64,000 nt of DNA from Octopus vulgaris (GCA_951406725.2 OX597837.1:19902001-19966000); one strand, 5' to 3'. Shown: positions 1-15,676, numbered from the stretch's first letter. The notes: generated by a model not told the origin, from the letters alone. Made by a program: numbers and translations.

Positions 1-329
1 ATACATACACATTCAGATACACTCATATACATACACACAAACGAACACGTACACACATACGCATGTACGCTAACATACATATATACATATATACATACAT
101 ACACACACACACATATATATATATATACATACATACACACGAGCACACAAGCACACATGTACACACCCCGTACACACACATATATATAAATATATAAATA
201 CATTATTTATGCAATCGCACATACATATGCACATATGCATACATGCATACATATATGCATACATACAAAAATACATACATGCATATATACATATATAGAT
301 AATACAATACTAAAATAAAGGTAGTAGGC

Positions 330-1450
330 AGATATAATTTTAATGTAAAATTTATTATAACAAAAACATTTATCACTCAATATGGCGGCCCTTTTGGGCA
401 ATTACTGTCCCCACACGAGAACAAATTTGTTTTTTGCAGCTGCCGCAACCTCCGTCTTGTTTCTATTTTGCGTGTCGTACGCACGGGGCAGGTCGAGTGT
501 GAAGCGTTGGCCCTTGCTTGAAGTACGCGCCATGAAAGGTAATCGAGAAGGTTGAGATTTGGGCTGTTGCTGGGCCAGATGCTGGCCTTCACAAAAGATG
601 ACATCTTCTCAACAAGGAAGGCCTGTGTTGCTTTGACCCACAGAATGGTACAAAATCTTGGATAAGCACCACATTGTCAACCCCAAATTTCTGCTCCATC
701 CAAGATAACAGAGCTTTTCGGGATGTCCAGATACTCATTTATGCCGATCTTCAAGCCAAACTCAATGAAGTGTAGAACCATGACACATCCATCACTTGCC
801 ACGGCTCCGAATACCATCACAGAAGCAGGATTCTCAGTCTCAAATACAGAGGGAATGCCAGAAGGGAGTTATGCAATAATTCGAGAATTTCTACGATGTA
901 CAGTGAACTTCTCATCTACAAACACGAAAGTTTTTCCTGCATCTTGACGCTTGATGAATGACTGACGTTTTGGACATCTCTCTGCTCTGATTACTTTGGT
1001 TTTAGCTGTTAGGAGGTAACAGCGTCATCAAACATAGTTAGCCATGCCAAGGTTCCTGTTCACATTGCGTTTCTTTGAAAGAGTTGTCATGGATGTGGCT
1101 TCAATCGAGTGTTTGAGACCAGCGAGAAAGTTTGGATTGCGCTTGGAATCACTTCGAGTCTTGTGTTCTTTTCTATCAACTATTCCTTCTTCTTTAAATT
1201 AAAGTGTTGCTTTTGGAAGTTTCACCAACTTCACAATTTTACTGGCAGTGTTCCCGGCGCGCGCCAAAACAACTATGGCGCAACAATACTGAGGTTCCAT
1301 GACTTTCTTTTGTCGAATCACTTCGCTATTTACCTTAAAATAAAGAGGATGACGAGGTTTTCAAGCAAGCAAGGTTTTGGCAAGAAATGAAATATTAAAC
1401 CCACTAAGTCATCTACTTAAAATTGGCGTCAATTTATCTGCAAGACCCTG
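330..1450 (-). mobile_element. Degenerate Tc1/mariner-superfamily transposon, maT/DD37D-like; one terminus preserved
   Basis: The minus strand gives, across frameshifts, FVFVDEKFTV ... PASVMVFGAVASDG ... VLIQD-x37-D(Y) ending WPSNSPNLNLLDY; the spacing is 37 after correcting a 1-nt deletion near 630. The 5' terminus reads TA|CAGGGTCTTGCAG on the minus strand (1450). The other TIR is not recognisable. Confidence 0.8.
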
Positions 1451-1534
1451 TACATGTGTACATATATATATATATATATACGTACATTCAGACAACTGCT
1501 TCGAAACTTTTAGCTTTTAAACGCAGATTAGAAA

Positions 1535-1710
1535 ATCGCATTTATACCAATAATAATTGGTGCACTTGGATTTGTAAGTAAATGTCTAAGTGACGCTCTG
1601 AATAAGCTAGAGTTTTCAGAAAAAGAAATCAACCAGCTAATTTGCACATTACGAATACAATCTGTTGATGGAAGACTGGAAATATGCAAGACTTTTCGAA
1701 TTTGAAATGC
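1535..1710 (+). mobile_element. 3' fragment of an RLE-type non-LTR retrotransposon ORF
   Basis: Translates FIPIIIGALGFVSKCLSDALNKLEFSEKEINQLICTLRIQSV..ICKTF. The 'PIIIGALG' motif is typical of the C-terminus of restriction-like-endonuclease LINEs (compare IPVIIEALG near 40430). Confidence 0.55.
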
Positions 1711-2032
1711 AAATTTGCTTTTGTTATCTACATTCCAGACATGGAGCTTTGTATATTTGTGAAAAATTAGTTCCTTCCTAATAGGAAGGTTTCAAATTAT
1801 TAGAAATAAAAAAAAACACATACATGCATATATGTATGCATACATACTTGCATGCATACATACATGCATACATGATATGCGGATGACCTTGCATTTGTTT
1901 GTTCAATAATTTTAGTTTGATATTTTTGTCTCTTTCAATAGAGCACTTCTATAGCAGTCCTATAAATCCTTTTGTTCCTGACAAGAAACAATCACTGTAT
2001 TATTAATATTGATACATGCATACATGCATATA

Positions 2033-2567
2033 CAGGGTTATTAAAAAAATGAACCCATTCCATTACGCAATAAATGAATAAGTGAAAACAATAGAAAATT
2101 CCAGGTAAGTCACAAGTATTTACTCACAATCAACTTTTATTTCCTGCCTTACAAGTGTTCAATGTGACCACCACCTGCAGCACGGACAACATCAATGTGA
2201 TAAGAGAATTCCTCCTAGACGCATATCAGCATATCACGATCCACTGTGTGCGAGATTTTTTTTTTTTCTGGTTGGGATATGTAAAAGATCGCGTTTATGT
2301 TCCAGCGCTACCCACTAACCTCGATGACCTTAAACATCGAATAACAAGAGGGATCAACTCAGTGGATCGTGATATGCTGATACGTGTCTGGGAGGAATTC
2401 TCTTATCTCATTGATGTTGTCCGTGCTGCAGGTGGTGGTCACATTGAACACTTATAAGACAGGAAATAAATGTTGATTGTGAGTCAATACTTGTGACTTG
2501 GCTGGAATTTTCTATTGTTTTTACTTATTGCGTAATAAAACAGGTTCATTCATTTTGAATAACCCTG
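2033..2567 (+). mobile_element. Non-autonomous Tc1/mariner-family fold-back element with ~210-bp inverted arms, carrying a transposase C-terminal remnant
   Basis: Termini TA|CAGGGTTATT...AATAACCCTG|TA; arms 2033-2246 and 2360-2567 are reverse complements. The core and right arm encode DFFF.WLGYVKDRVYVPALPTNLDDLKHRITRGINSVDRDMLIRVWEEFSYLIDVVRAAGGGHIEHL*. Confidence 0.9.
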
Positions 2568-2985
2568 TATACATACATTCATACATGCATACATACATAC
2601 ATACATACATACATACATACATACATACAAACATACATGCATACATACATACATACATACACGCATACATACATACATACATACATACATACACGCATAC
2701 ATACATACATACATACATACATACATACATACATACATACATACATGCATAAATACAAGCATACATACACACGTGCATGCATGCATACATACATACATAC
2801 ATGCATACATACATACATATCTACATAAATACATGCATGCATACATACATACATACAAACATACATGCATACATACATATATACATGTACACATACATAC
2901 ATACATACATACATACATACATGCATGCATGCATGAATACATACATACATACATACATACATACATACATACATACATTCATACA
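2568..2985. repeat. (TACA)n microsatellite
   Basis: Directly visible; source of the MYVC/HTYI pseudo-ORFs. Confidence 0.95.
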
Positions 2986-3207
2986 CGCACAAATATAATG
3001 GAATCTGTACCAAGGATGATCAATCAAGTAATCTAAGACTAGAATAATGATGATAATGATAATAATGGTCCTGTGAAGTTTCCGGATGCGATAAATCAAT
3101 AATCTATAATGTGCTTACAGTACCAGAAACCATTCTGGATTTTCGATTGGACGCTGGAAGAGATCCGGGTCATTGATGCTGAAACACACAAAACAATCTT
3201 TACCGAT

Positions 3208-3338
3208 AGGCGTAGGTGTGGTTGTGTGGTAAGATGTTAGCTTTCTAACAACACGCTTCCGGTTCAGTCGCACTACGCGGGATCTTCGGTAAGCTTTGTG
3301 AGTAGATTTCGTAGACGACAGCTGAAAGAAGCTGTCCA
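3208..3338 (+). mobile_element. tRNA-headed SINE family A, partial
   Basis: Matches the head of the full copy at 39683-40107 (GTGGTTGTGTGGTAAG ... GGTTCAGTC ... GTGAGTAGATTT ... CTGAAAGAAGC). Confidence 0.7.
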
Positions 3339-3416
3339 CACACACACACATATGTATATATGCATGCGTACATACATACACACATATATGTGTATGTATA
3401 TTTATGTAATATATGT

Positions 3417-3460
<44 letters not shown>

Positions 3461-3471
3461 GTGCGTGTATG

Positions 3472-3505
<34 letters not shown>

Positions 3506-3509
3506 TATA

Positions 3510-4360
3510 TGGTGACCGTCCACTAGTTACCGAGGAAGACCATTACTGACCTTCAGGACCATTGTGCGCTCTAGGACTAACTTATATTTTGCATTTGCGG
3601 ATCCGTTGGTGTCTAATGAGCCCTGCTCTTGACAAGCATACACGACTGCAAATATTGCAAACCAAGCTTACCCCATTCACTATACGAGCCGTGCGCTTTC
3701 GATCAGCACGCTTAAGCTATTCCTGAAGAATACGCTCTCTTTCAAAGGTGTCGACCCTCTCCTTAACCTGCTTCCTCCATCTGTGGTGATGACGGGCGTT
3801 GTTCTCCCAGTCTCCCGCATACTACAAGCCTTTAATGAAGACTTGACACTGTCCTTAGATCGCAACCTTGGTTTCTGCCGAAGTCTATTTCCATTCACAA
3901 GTTCCCCATATAGCATCTCCTTAGGGATCCTGCTATTCTTCATTCTAATATGATGTCCAGTCCAACGTAACCGGTGCTTGTGCACCATCACCTCAATACT
4001 CAAGATATTAGCTGACCTCAGGACCTGCGTGTCTGGAGTTTTTAAGATCCAGCCAACATTAAGAATGTGTCTCAGAGATCTCTGATAAAAAGCGTTCAAG
4101 GACCCTTACATGGCGTTTGTAAAGGGTCCATGTCTCACATGAGTATAGAGCGAGTACATATGCACGGTACACAGCAATTTTTGTTTGCCTTGTGATGCCA
4201 TGCTGGGATCAGACTCGAGACTGAAGAGACTGGAAGGAATCAGTTGCTCTCTGCAGCCTGAAAGATATTTCATTATCTAGGGAGCAGGAACGGCTAAGTG
4301 TGCTGCCCAGATATACAAACTTGTCTACAACTTTCGGAATTGTTCCTTCAACCAAAATTG
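3510..4360 (-). mobile_element. RTE-clade LINE, 5'-truncated and frameshifted (RT thumb and C-terminal region)
   Basis: Minus strand: VDKFVYLGSTLS...TKIAVYRAYVL.LYSCETWTLYKRHV; ORF 3680-4099 contains RLRWTGHHIRMKNSRIPKEMLYGEL..G.R..QKPRLRSKD; terminal CNIC..CLSRAGLIRHQR zinc-finger-like motif. Confidence 0.9.
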
Positions 4361-4455
4361 AGTCGCAGGCAACCCGACCATGCAGCAAGTTGTACTGGAT
4401 TCCATGTTACCAGTAGCAACTTATGAGAGCTTCGTAAGTGACCTGACATATATGC

Positions 4456-4498
<43 letters not shown>

Positions 4499-4726
4499 TG
4501 TGTGTTTGAATCCCACCGGTTTCGATCTGTTTACGGCCGCGTAACTAGAAGCTATGTACCGAAAAAAATGAGAGCTGGGGTTGATTCGTAAACACACCGA
4601 CGTAAACACACCGACATCGGTTGTCAAGCGATGGTGGGGGACAAACACAGACACATAAACATACACACATGCACACACACACATATATATATATATACAT
4701 ACGACGGGTTTCTTTCAGTTTCTGTG

Positions 4727-5038
4727 TTAGAGCGTCCAGTTTACGATCGTGAGGTTGTGATTTCGAATCTCGGACCGGGCTGCGTGTTGTGTTCTTGAGC
4801 AAGACACTTTATTCCATGTTGCTCCAGTTCACTCAGCTGTAGAAATGAGTAGCGGGGTGACAGGTGCCAAGCTATATCGGCCTTTGCCTTTCCCTTGGAT
4901 AAAATTGGTGGCATGGAGAGGGGAGGCCGGTATGCATCGGTAACTGCTGGTGTTCCATAAACAACCTTGCCCGGACTTGTGTCTAGGAGGGTAACTTTCT
5001 AGGTGCAATCTCATAGTCAGTCATGACCGAAGGGGGTC
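4727..5038 (+). mobile_element. tRNA-headed SINE family C (head shared with copies at 25122, 27780 and 60463; distinct tail)
   Basis: Degenerate B-box (TTTCGAATC) followed by TTGTGTTCTTGAGCAAGACACTTTATT..GTTGCTCCAGTTCACTCAGCTG, also present at 25196-25260. Confidence 0.7.
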
Positions 5039-5084
5039 CAGCTCAGCATACACACACACACACACACACACACTTATATCTCTT

Positions 5085-5491
5085 TCTCTTTCTCTTTTAC
5101 TTGTTTCAGTCATTTCAACTGCGGCCATGCTGGAGCACCGCCTTTAATCGAGCAACTCGACCCCCGGCACTTATTTTTTTTGTAAGCCCAGTACTTATTC
5201 TATCGGTCTCTTTTGCCGAACCGCTAAGTGACGGGGACATAAACACACCAGCATCGGTTGTCAAGCAATGCTGGGGGGACAAACACAGACACACAAACAT
5301 ACACGCACACACACACACATATATATATACATATATACGACGGGCTTATATATATATATATATATATATATATGCTCCGTCTACCAAAACCACTCACAAT
5401 GCTTTGGTCGGTCCGAGGCTATTGTAGAAGACACTTGACCAAGGTGTCATGCAGTTGGGAAGCAAGTTTCTTATAACACAGTCACACCTGC
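5085..5491 (-). mobile_element. tRNA-headed SINE family A, near full length, with internal (CA)n/(TA)n
   Basis: Reverse complement of the 39683-40107 copy, including the tail CTTTTACTTGTTTCAGTCATTT..CTGCGGCCATGCTGGAGCACCGCC. Confidence 0.85.
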
Positions 5492-5605
5492 ATTCATATG
5501 AAACATGCTTTCCCCTGCCGGGAATCGAACTCAGGCTGCAATACACGCATATAGGTGTGTGTGTATGTGTGTGTGTATGTGTGTGTATGTATGTGTGTGT
5601 GTGTG

Positions 5606-5646
<41 letters not shown>

Positions 5647-5959
5647 TTATCTTTCATGTTTTGGAAAATTCATTTTCACAAAACTGGTGCTGAGATCGCT
5701 ATTCTTGTATACAATTATTCCAGTAAGAAAATTGTAGAGTTTTCCTCAGTTAGCCATTGACTAATAGAATAACTACCAGGCTTAAAAAGTAAAATTAAAA
5801 TACAAGCCCTGGGGACGACTCATTTAATGAAAATTCTCTGGGGCGGTGCCCCAGCATGGCAGCAGTCTAATGATTGAAATAAGTAAAAGATAATGATCTA
5901 TATACTACCACCCGGAACTTATATCTACTACATATAACTAATACATCATTTTTAAACAT

Positions 5960-6074
5960 CCAAGGAAAATAACCCATTCACTCCTGAAACGGATCCTTAT
6001 ATATAGCCAAGGAAAATAACCCATTCACTCCTGAAACGGATCCTTATATATAGCCAAGGAAAATAACCCATTCA
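5960..6074. repeat. Perfect 47-bp tandem repeat x2.4
   Basis: CCAAGGAAAATAACCCATTCACTCCTGAAACGGATCCTTATATATAG at 5960 and 6007, partial at 6054. Confidence 0.95.
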
Positions 6075-6671
6075 TGCTCGTAAATTACTTCGTGTAAATC
6101 AAATTGAGTATGCTTATTTCTTAGTATTTAAACTATTTATTTTCGCAATTTATCCAGTACAATGCTCAAACAAGTAAATAGTATTTTCCTAAACAATAGA
6201 TCCACTTATTTCGGTTAGCGACTTATTCACGAATATACCAACACTAGCGCTGCTGAGAGTAATATTCTCTGCGAACACACAAAAGCCCTTTTCAGAGTTA
6301 TTTACTTTGAATTGTTATTATCTCATATCTGATTAGCCTGTTATTACGTAACATGCTTCACGATTTTAGTATACAGACCTTATTAGTATTTCTTCCAAAG
6401 TTCTATATACCCTGTGAACTTATTGAAGCCCTTTTCTGGGCTACTTTATTTGAATGCTTACTATCGGGTAATTCATTTCATGTTATTACATAACTGATTT
6501 CACAATTTGGGTATTCATAACTTATTGTGGATTCCTAAAAACAAGATCCTGTGTAACGCAGTTCGGTATTCTCAATAAATGCACAAAACCCGTTTTAAGG
6601 GCTACATAATTTGTATTGCTGCTATTGGATTAGCGAAGCAATTATGAGAGAATTACCGGGTAAGTCAGCTA

Positions 6672-6745
<74 letters not shown>

Positions 6746-6898
6746 GCATATATACATATATGTACATACATACATATATATGTATATCGGTAAGCATATA
6801 TGGGTGCAGGACGTCACAAAACCTAAACAACATGAAATACGAAAATAACGTGGAATATGCAAAGAACGAGAGAAACAAATGGAAAACAAGACAGACAA

Positions 6899-6942
<44 letters not shown>

Positions 6943-6963
6943 GTGATGTGTGTTTCTTTATTT

Positions 6964-7045
6964 TTCCCCTGATGAAGGAGTAATTATCGTGATGCACCCT
7001 CCTGCATTAAATACGGTGATGAACCCCTGAAATGGCCATAGGGAA
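6964..7045 (+). ncRNA. Type-I hammerhead ribozyme-like motif (Penelope-like element terminal repeat)
   Basis: TTCCC-CTGATGA-AGG...CCT-GAAA-TGGCCA-TA-GGGAA: stem I TTCCC/GGGAA, both core boxes and a palindromic minimal stem III. Downstream 7157-7283 recurs at 1880-2004, so it belongs to a dispersed repeat. Confidence 0.7.
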
Positions 7046-7287
7046 TGTAAATATGGTTTCTTCTTTTTTGCTTGGACACTGGCTTTTAACAATAGGTTTC
7101 CCTATGTGAAAGAAGAAGCATTATGTGATTAAATGTTCGAGATATGAAATGTTACGTGGATGACCTTATATTTGTTTGGTCTGCAACCATAGTTTAATAT
7201 ATTTGTCTCATTTAATTGAGCACTTCTATAGCAGTCCTATTAAACATTTTGTTCCTGATAAGAAACAATCACTTTATTATTGTTGTA

Positions 7288-7337
<50 letters not shown>

Positions 7338-7389
7338 GGGGGGGAGTGTGTGTATGTATATATATACACACACAGGAGTGTGTGTGTAT

Positions 7390-7630
7390 ATATACATATA
7401 CACAGGAGTGGCACAGGAGTAGCTGTGTGGTAAGTAGCTTGCTTAACAACCAATTGCGTGGCATCTTGGGCAAGTGTCTTCTACTATAGCCTCGGGCCGA
7501 CCAAAGCCTTGTGAGTGCTTTTGGTAGACGGAAACTGAAAGAAGTCCGTCGTATATATGTATGTATATAAATGTGTGCGTGTATGTTTGTGTGTCTCAAT
7601 TTGTCCCCTTAGCATACCCTGACAACCGAG
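7390..7630 (+). mobile_element. SINE family A, partial
   Basis: GGCACAGGAGTAGCTGTGTGGTAAGTAGCTTGC...CTTGGGCAAGTGTCTTCTACTATAGCCTCGGGCCGACCAAAGCC. Confidence 0.85.
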
Positions 7631-7667
7631 TACCAATTTTTTCACCTTATTCCACATTTATGTGCTT

Positions 7668-7747
<80 letters not shown>

Positions 7748-7752
7748 ATGTA

Positions 7753-7812
<60 letters not shown>

Positions 7813-7982
7813 TACCTCAACTGAGGTAATGTAATAGGTATGTACTATAAGTGTTCAGTTTGGTTTTCCACTACCACTTCGGCTTGAACTGCAACAGAAA
7901 ATGTGGTGTTGGGACAGCCTATCGAAGGCGAATAGAAGATTTTTCTCCTTGAGTAGATGGATAAAGATTAGAATAATATATG

Positions 7983-8034
<52 letters not shown>

Positions 8035-8065
8035 TATATATTTATATATTTATATATATATATAC

Positions 8066-8119
<54 letters not shown>

Positions 8120-8217
8120 CGTACCAGTTACGCACTGCGGTCGATGTAATCGACTTAATCCTTTTGTCTGTCCTTGTTTGTCCCCTCTATGTTTAGCCCC
8201 TTGTGGGCAATAAAGAA

Positions 8218-8292
<75 letters not shown>

Positions 8293-8399
8293 TACACATA
8301 CATTCGTGTGCACATGCGCACATATTGTTTGGATAAACAGATGACAAATTCTATATATGTATAAATGTTAGAATGTGTCAATACTGTTAGTACAAACAC

Positions 8400-8445
<46 letters not shown>

Positions 8446-9229
8446 TATGCTCTGTGTTTACGTATCACAAATATATATAGATGTGAGTATGTGTGTATGC
8501 GTGTATGTATATGAGTGTGTACGTGTGTGTGCCTGTGTGCGTGTACATTATCAGCGGATCCTGTGGTTATTCATACGCAAGCGAGCATGCTATGGTTCTT
8601 ATTTGTCCAATTTAGGAGCAGAGAAAATAAAATCCTCAGTATAAATTAACGTATATATATACCAACACATACACATGCTTTGTCTCTCATACCCACATAC
8701 ACAACACACACATTCACGTAATATATATACATACATATACACACACACACACACACACATATATACATATATACATATACATAAATACACACACATATAT
8801 ATACATATACATATATATATATACATACACAAACATGTATCTATGTGTGCGTGGTAAACGAAACTGCTTACTCATCATAAGATTACTGCGATGGTATATA
8901 TGTGTGCATGTTTATACACATACACGCATATGGATATAGGTATACATGAATGTTTATATATGTATATATGTGTTTATACATACATACATACCTACATACA
9001 TATATATATATATATATGTATGTATATATATATATATATATTTATATATGTATGTATATATATATATATATATTTATATATGTATGTATATATATATATA
9101 TATTTATATATGTATATATATATATATATATAATATATATATGTATATATATATATATATATATGGACGCTAGAGTTGCTTTTCTGTATGTGTATACCTG
9201 AATATCTGTGTTTGTACGTATGTATGTTT

Positions 9230-9299
<70 letters not shown>

Positions 9300-9584
9300 A
9301 GCGAAAAGGGCAACTTAGTCGAATTAGCTATTCGGACAGAAAGCAATCAGAAACAACTAGAGAGATAAGATTAGTTCGGTATTGAATTGTTGTAGCTTCT
9401 GTTTTTAGCCTTAAAACAGCCAGAGGTAGCATTCTCGGGTAGAAACAGTTCTTGTATAGTGTCATTAATGTAATAGACTGCTTATCGTTCGGACAATATG
9501 GTCAGAAAAGACGAATCAGCCAGTTCACTGCACGCAGCGGCCATTCTCATACAATCTTGGTAATTTCTGGTTGCCATTGTTGGT

Positions 9585-11350
<1,766 letters not shown>

Positions 11351-11526
11351 AACACGTACGTCATCATTGCTCTCTCCATCACTGCTTTTAGCTCGAGGTT
11401 TCTCATTAAACAACCATAAATTGATAAGCTAAGGTGTGCATAGAAAGGTTTCTGCCAGAATGGAAAATCATTGAGTTTGGATTAAAAGTTCAATGGAACA
11501 ATATTTCCAACAATGCATATAACATG

Positions 11527-11623
<97 letters not shown>

Positions 11624-13184
11624 ATGTATGTATGTATGCATATGATGTGTGTATGTGTGAAAGGTAGTGCGATTATTATATGTCTATAATTTATATCTAC
11701 TTGATAATATCATCCATTATAGATATTCCTGCTGCTAGCACCAGTAGCTGCCGTGTGCTTTAATCAAGTGTATATAGTACACTGGTTTTCTTGCGTGTCA
11801 CACATTCTGCGTTTGTGTGGTTATAACTTCCATCTTCACTTGTTGGACGCATACCGCTTAAACTTTCAAACGAACCAATTCGAAACAAGTACATTCAATA
11901 TGCTAACCATTTAAAAAGAAAAAAAATCTCTGAATGTTATAAATGCGTAACTGGTTACATTCAGAGAGAAATCAGATAATTTTATAGACATTTGAATTTC
12001 TTCCTTCTATATTGTTTCATCTAATGAAAATTTACAATTAATTTTCATCTGCATTTGTGCAATAAAGCTATTTGATGTTTTTAATGCAGTTACAAGGCAA
12101 TTTTCCCCTTCATTGTGGATATTTCTTTTAATTTCACTCACAGTTGTCATGTATGGGACATATTTACAATACAAACACACGTCTTGAACATACTTAAAAA
12201 TAGTTAATTATATATTATATGTGAACACTATTTTTCGTACTATTGATTTCACCTTTGGAGACGAAACGTAGCAATGCTCTTATCAAGTAGTACTGACTCA
12301 CATACACAGCTACATTTTAAGCTGTTTAAATTTAAATTTATTTTTCAATAACAGCAACTGTATTGAATGTTAGACTTACTGACTGGACTTTCAGGAAATT
12401 CTATATATAGTATGGCTTCTAGGAGTTTTTTTTATTGTTTCTACCGTGTATTCTCCATCAGTTATAAACATATTCTATGTCAATGAATCATTCCAAACTT
12501 TGGTGCTTCTTCCATTTAAACTTTTGGATCTTTATCTATTCTAACATCGAGGGGGCCTCCCAGTTTCTCTTTTATAACACCTTATGCGAATGCATGGGTT
12601 GTTATAGATGTATCGCTTGTGTTCTAGCCATTCTTATGTAGGTTTAACTTTAATGAAGAAACTACAAAAGTTAATGTTACTTCTGGAGATGGTTCCAATG
12701 TCATATGCGTCGTAGATGCTTTTAGTTTCTTCAAGCACCAATACCTTGAAGTAACGTAGAAGCAGTTGGATTGATGGGATAGAGAGAGAATTGAAACTGT
12801 ACCCTCTTTGACTATGAGACTCTTCTCGGTCAGAACTGATATTAAATGAAAGAACAACAGTATCTTGAACAAAAAAGATGGTGCTACCAGCAAATCATCA
12901 AAACCAGCATCAAATTGCACGCCTCAAAAAGGCCTTATTGGTTATTGCAGTCTGGTTTGTATTAAGTTTTAAAACAGGCGGGATGTTCATGGCTGGGATC
13001 TCTTTGATGATATGTCTGCTATATCAGGCGCTAAATAACAGCAACATCAATATAGCAGCTAAACCTCTTTCAAATCACACTGTATCGCCTTCGACTTTGA
13101 AGGATCTGTTGGATTATACAAAGTTAGATAGACAAGGTGCTAAAACAAAGACGGAATGATCACTGTTGGAACGTCTTTGATCGG

Positions 13185-13365
13185 GGGGAGCGGGCAAGTC
13201 GATTACAACAACCTTAATACTCAACTAAAACTTATTTTATCGACTCCGGAAGGGTAAAATGTGAAGTCTATCTCGGCGGAATTTGAACTCAGAACATAGA
13301 GACAACTGAAATGCTGGCAGGCATTTTGCTTGGCGTGCTAACGATTCCGCAAGCTCGCTGCCGTA
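13185..13365 (-). mobile_element. SINE family B, degenerate
   Basis: Reverse complement of the GGCGAGCTGGCAGAA.CGTTAGCACGCC...GTTCAAATTCCGCCGAG family (full copy at 30208). Confidence 0.7.
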
Positions 13366-14159
13366 GAGAAGTTAACATATTTTAACTATACTTTTATCTT
13401 CGTCATCACATTTAGGAAATACGGCTTCGATGGTTAGGTACCATTCTGACCGATCCTTAGTTCAATCTGTGTGCAGTGCCCCATGCAACTGATATTTCTT
13501 TCAGCTCAGTTTCAACAACTTTTCTTATCATTCCTGTCTTGTCCGGTTCCATTCTGATTGCGTGGCTGACACGTACACAACAGTCGCAAATCGTTCGGCG
13601 GTATAGCCTCTCCGTTGACTGTTTGTCGGGAAGGAGCAGCTACTCCATCGCTTTGCGTGACCTGCAGCTGCTCTAACGATTCTATGGTTGCTATTGTTTG
13701 TTTTTTTAATTATTGTTGTTGGTCTTCTTTTGTTGTTGGTGATATATTATCACTTTTCTAACCATTATGTCCTTCAACGCGCACGCACACAACCGCACTC
13801 AAGCAAAAACACATGTGCACGCACACACACACACACACGCACATACACACGCATGCAAACACGCACGCAGACGCAAACACACACACACACACATCGAAAA
13901 GAAATGAAACATTCTTTTGAAGAAATAGAGAAGCTTACCTGATTTTCATAAACGAGAGAAAAAAAACGCAATTTACTATTGACAAGTCATTATTGCAATG
14001 ATGAGATGAAAGGCAAAATATTTGTATGCAATTGTATTGAAGAAGATCGCTTTGCAGGAATGTGGTTTCGGGTTCAGGCCCACTGTACAGAAAGCGTCTT
14101 CTACTATAACCCCGGCTGAGTAATACTTTGTCAGTGAATTTGGTAAACGGAAATTGAGT

Positions 14160-14830
14160 GTTTAATAGACTGTGTTTGTTTCTGAACAGTTTTCCGGTTA
14201 TGGATATGTCCTAGTTCTTGTACAATTGTATCTGTCTTCGGTTGTATTGTCTTTCTGGGTGTGTTATTGCTTAGTCATATATATGGTGCGTTTGATATTT
14301 TTTGTGTAGCAGTAGCCAATTTTTTTATTGATTCTATTGGGTAATTTGCGGTATTAGTTTCCAGTTTGGAAGCGCTTGTTGATTAGTATTAGGAACATGA
14401 GTGGGTTAAACCAGATGATGTTTCTTTTTTCTGTGTTTCTTTTGTTTGGTCTCCGTTTGTGGAATTTTGTCATGTACTGAAGTTCTTCGTTAAATCTGCT
14501 TATTTTTACGGTTTCGTTATTGAGCGATGCTGCTTTTACGGCTTCGTTATTGAGTGATTTCCTTATCAGACGAAATTTTCGAAGTTCTCTAACTGAAGTC
14601 GCTAATGACGTTTTGGTTTACGGCTGATGGGTGATTTGAATTTGTATTTATGTATGACGTTTCCTCCTTGAACTTTCTGTAGGTGTGGCGCCTTCCGGTT
14701 CTCATGTTCAAAGTCAAGTTCGTTTATTACCGATAGGTGTGCTTCTACAGTTATTCATATGTCAAGCTCTTTAAATGTTTTTATTAAGTTCTTTGTGAAT
14801 TTGTTCATTTTGTGACCGTCTTTACCTTGG
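14160..14830 (-). mobile_element. Penelope-like element (PLE) RT thumb/linker fragment, degenerate
   Basis: Minus strand gives TYRKFKEETSYINTNSNHPSA and KRNIIWFNP, matching the PLE motifs YRKP..YI...SNHP and RNIIWFNPP. Confidence 0.8.
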
Positions 14831-15464
14831 AAAAAAACTATCATCCTATGCGGGACTTAGTGGATATTTTGCCGATACGTTCAATGATATACATATAGAC
14901 TTGAATAATTTGAACTCGTAGAATCCGCCAGAGGATTCCGTGGCTAAAACAAAGAGGTTGTCCTTTTCTATTATTATCCATGCTGTATGTCGTGGAACAG
15001 AAGTGATTTCTCATACATACATACATACATACATACATGCATGCATACATACATACATGCATACATGCATGCATGCATACATACATACATACATACATAC
15101 ATACATACATACATACATACATACATACATACATACATACATACATACATACATACATACATACATACATACATACATACATACATGCATACATACATAC
15201 ATACATACATGCATACATATATACATACATGCGAACGTACATACACACAGACGTCTCATAAATAATACACCCCTCCAGATACCGTTTTATCTGTGCGGAT
15301 ATTATCTGGGATTTCAAATTGGTAATATATAATGCTCAAAACATGTCTACTAAATACTAGACTGAGTAATTAAATACACCAACTGACGTTATTTTGTTTC
15401 TAGAAATAAATATTTCGAAGGTGATTTTGTCTATTTACTTTTATGGTGTCTACATACATATATA

Positions 15465-15676
15465 CGAAGGAATGCCGAAAGTTTCCAGGCTTTAAGGGTA
15501 TCGCGAAAGGTCTGGTTGAAGGCTCAACCTACCGCGTTTTGTTTTTTACAGGACTTAGAAAAACCGAAGGACTACTGCAATATTATGAGAGGAGAATGTA
15601 TTGAATAAAATCATAATTAATTAATCCTCTTACATTGTCTTTTACTCAAATGCAGGAACTTTTCAGCAATCCCTCA
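15465..15676. mobile_element. Mariner-type MITE (~210 bp)
   Basis: TA|CGAAGGAATGCCGAAAGTTTCC ... GGAACTTTTCAGCAATCCCTCA|TA; a related copy lies in opposite orientation at 39209-39427. Confidence 0.65.

Noticed and set aside
11700-12830. Non-microsatellite block with a faint tyrosine-recombinase-like word (STR...AGISIMDDII) on the minus strand
   Set aside because: Too degenerate; no second motif found, so left uncalled.
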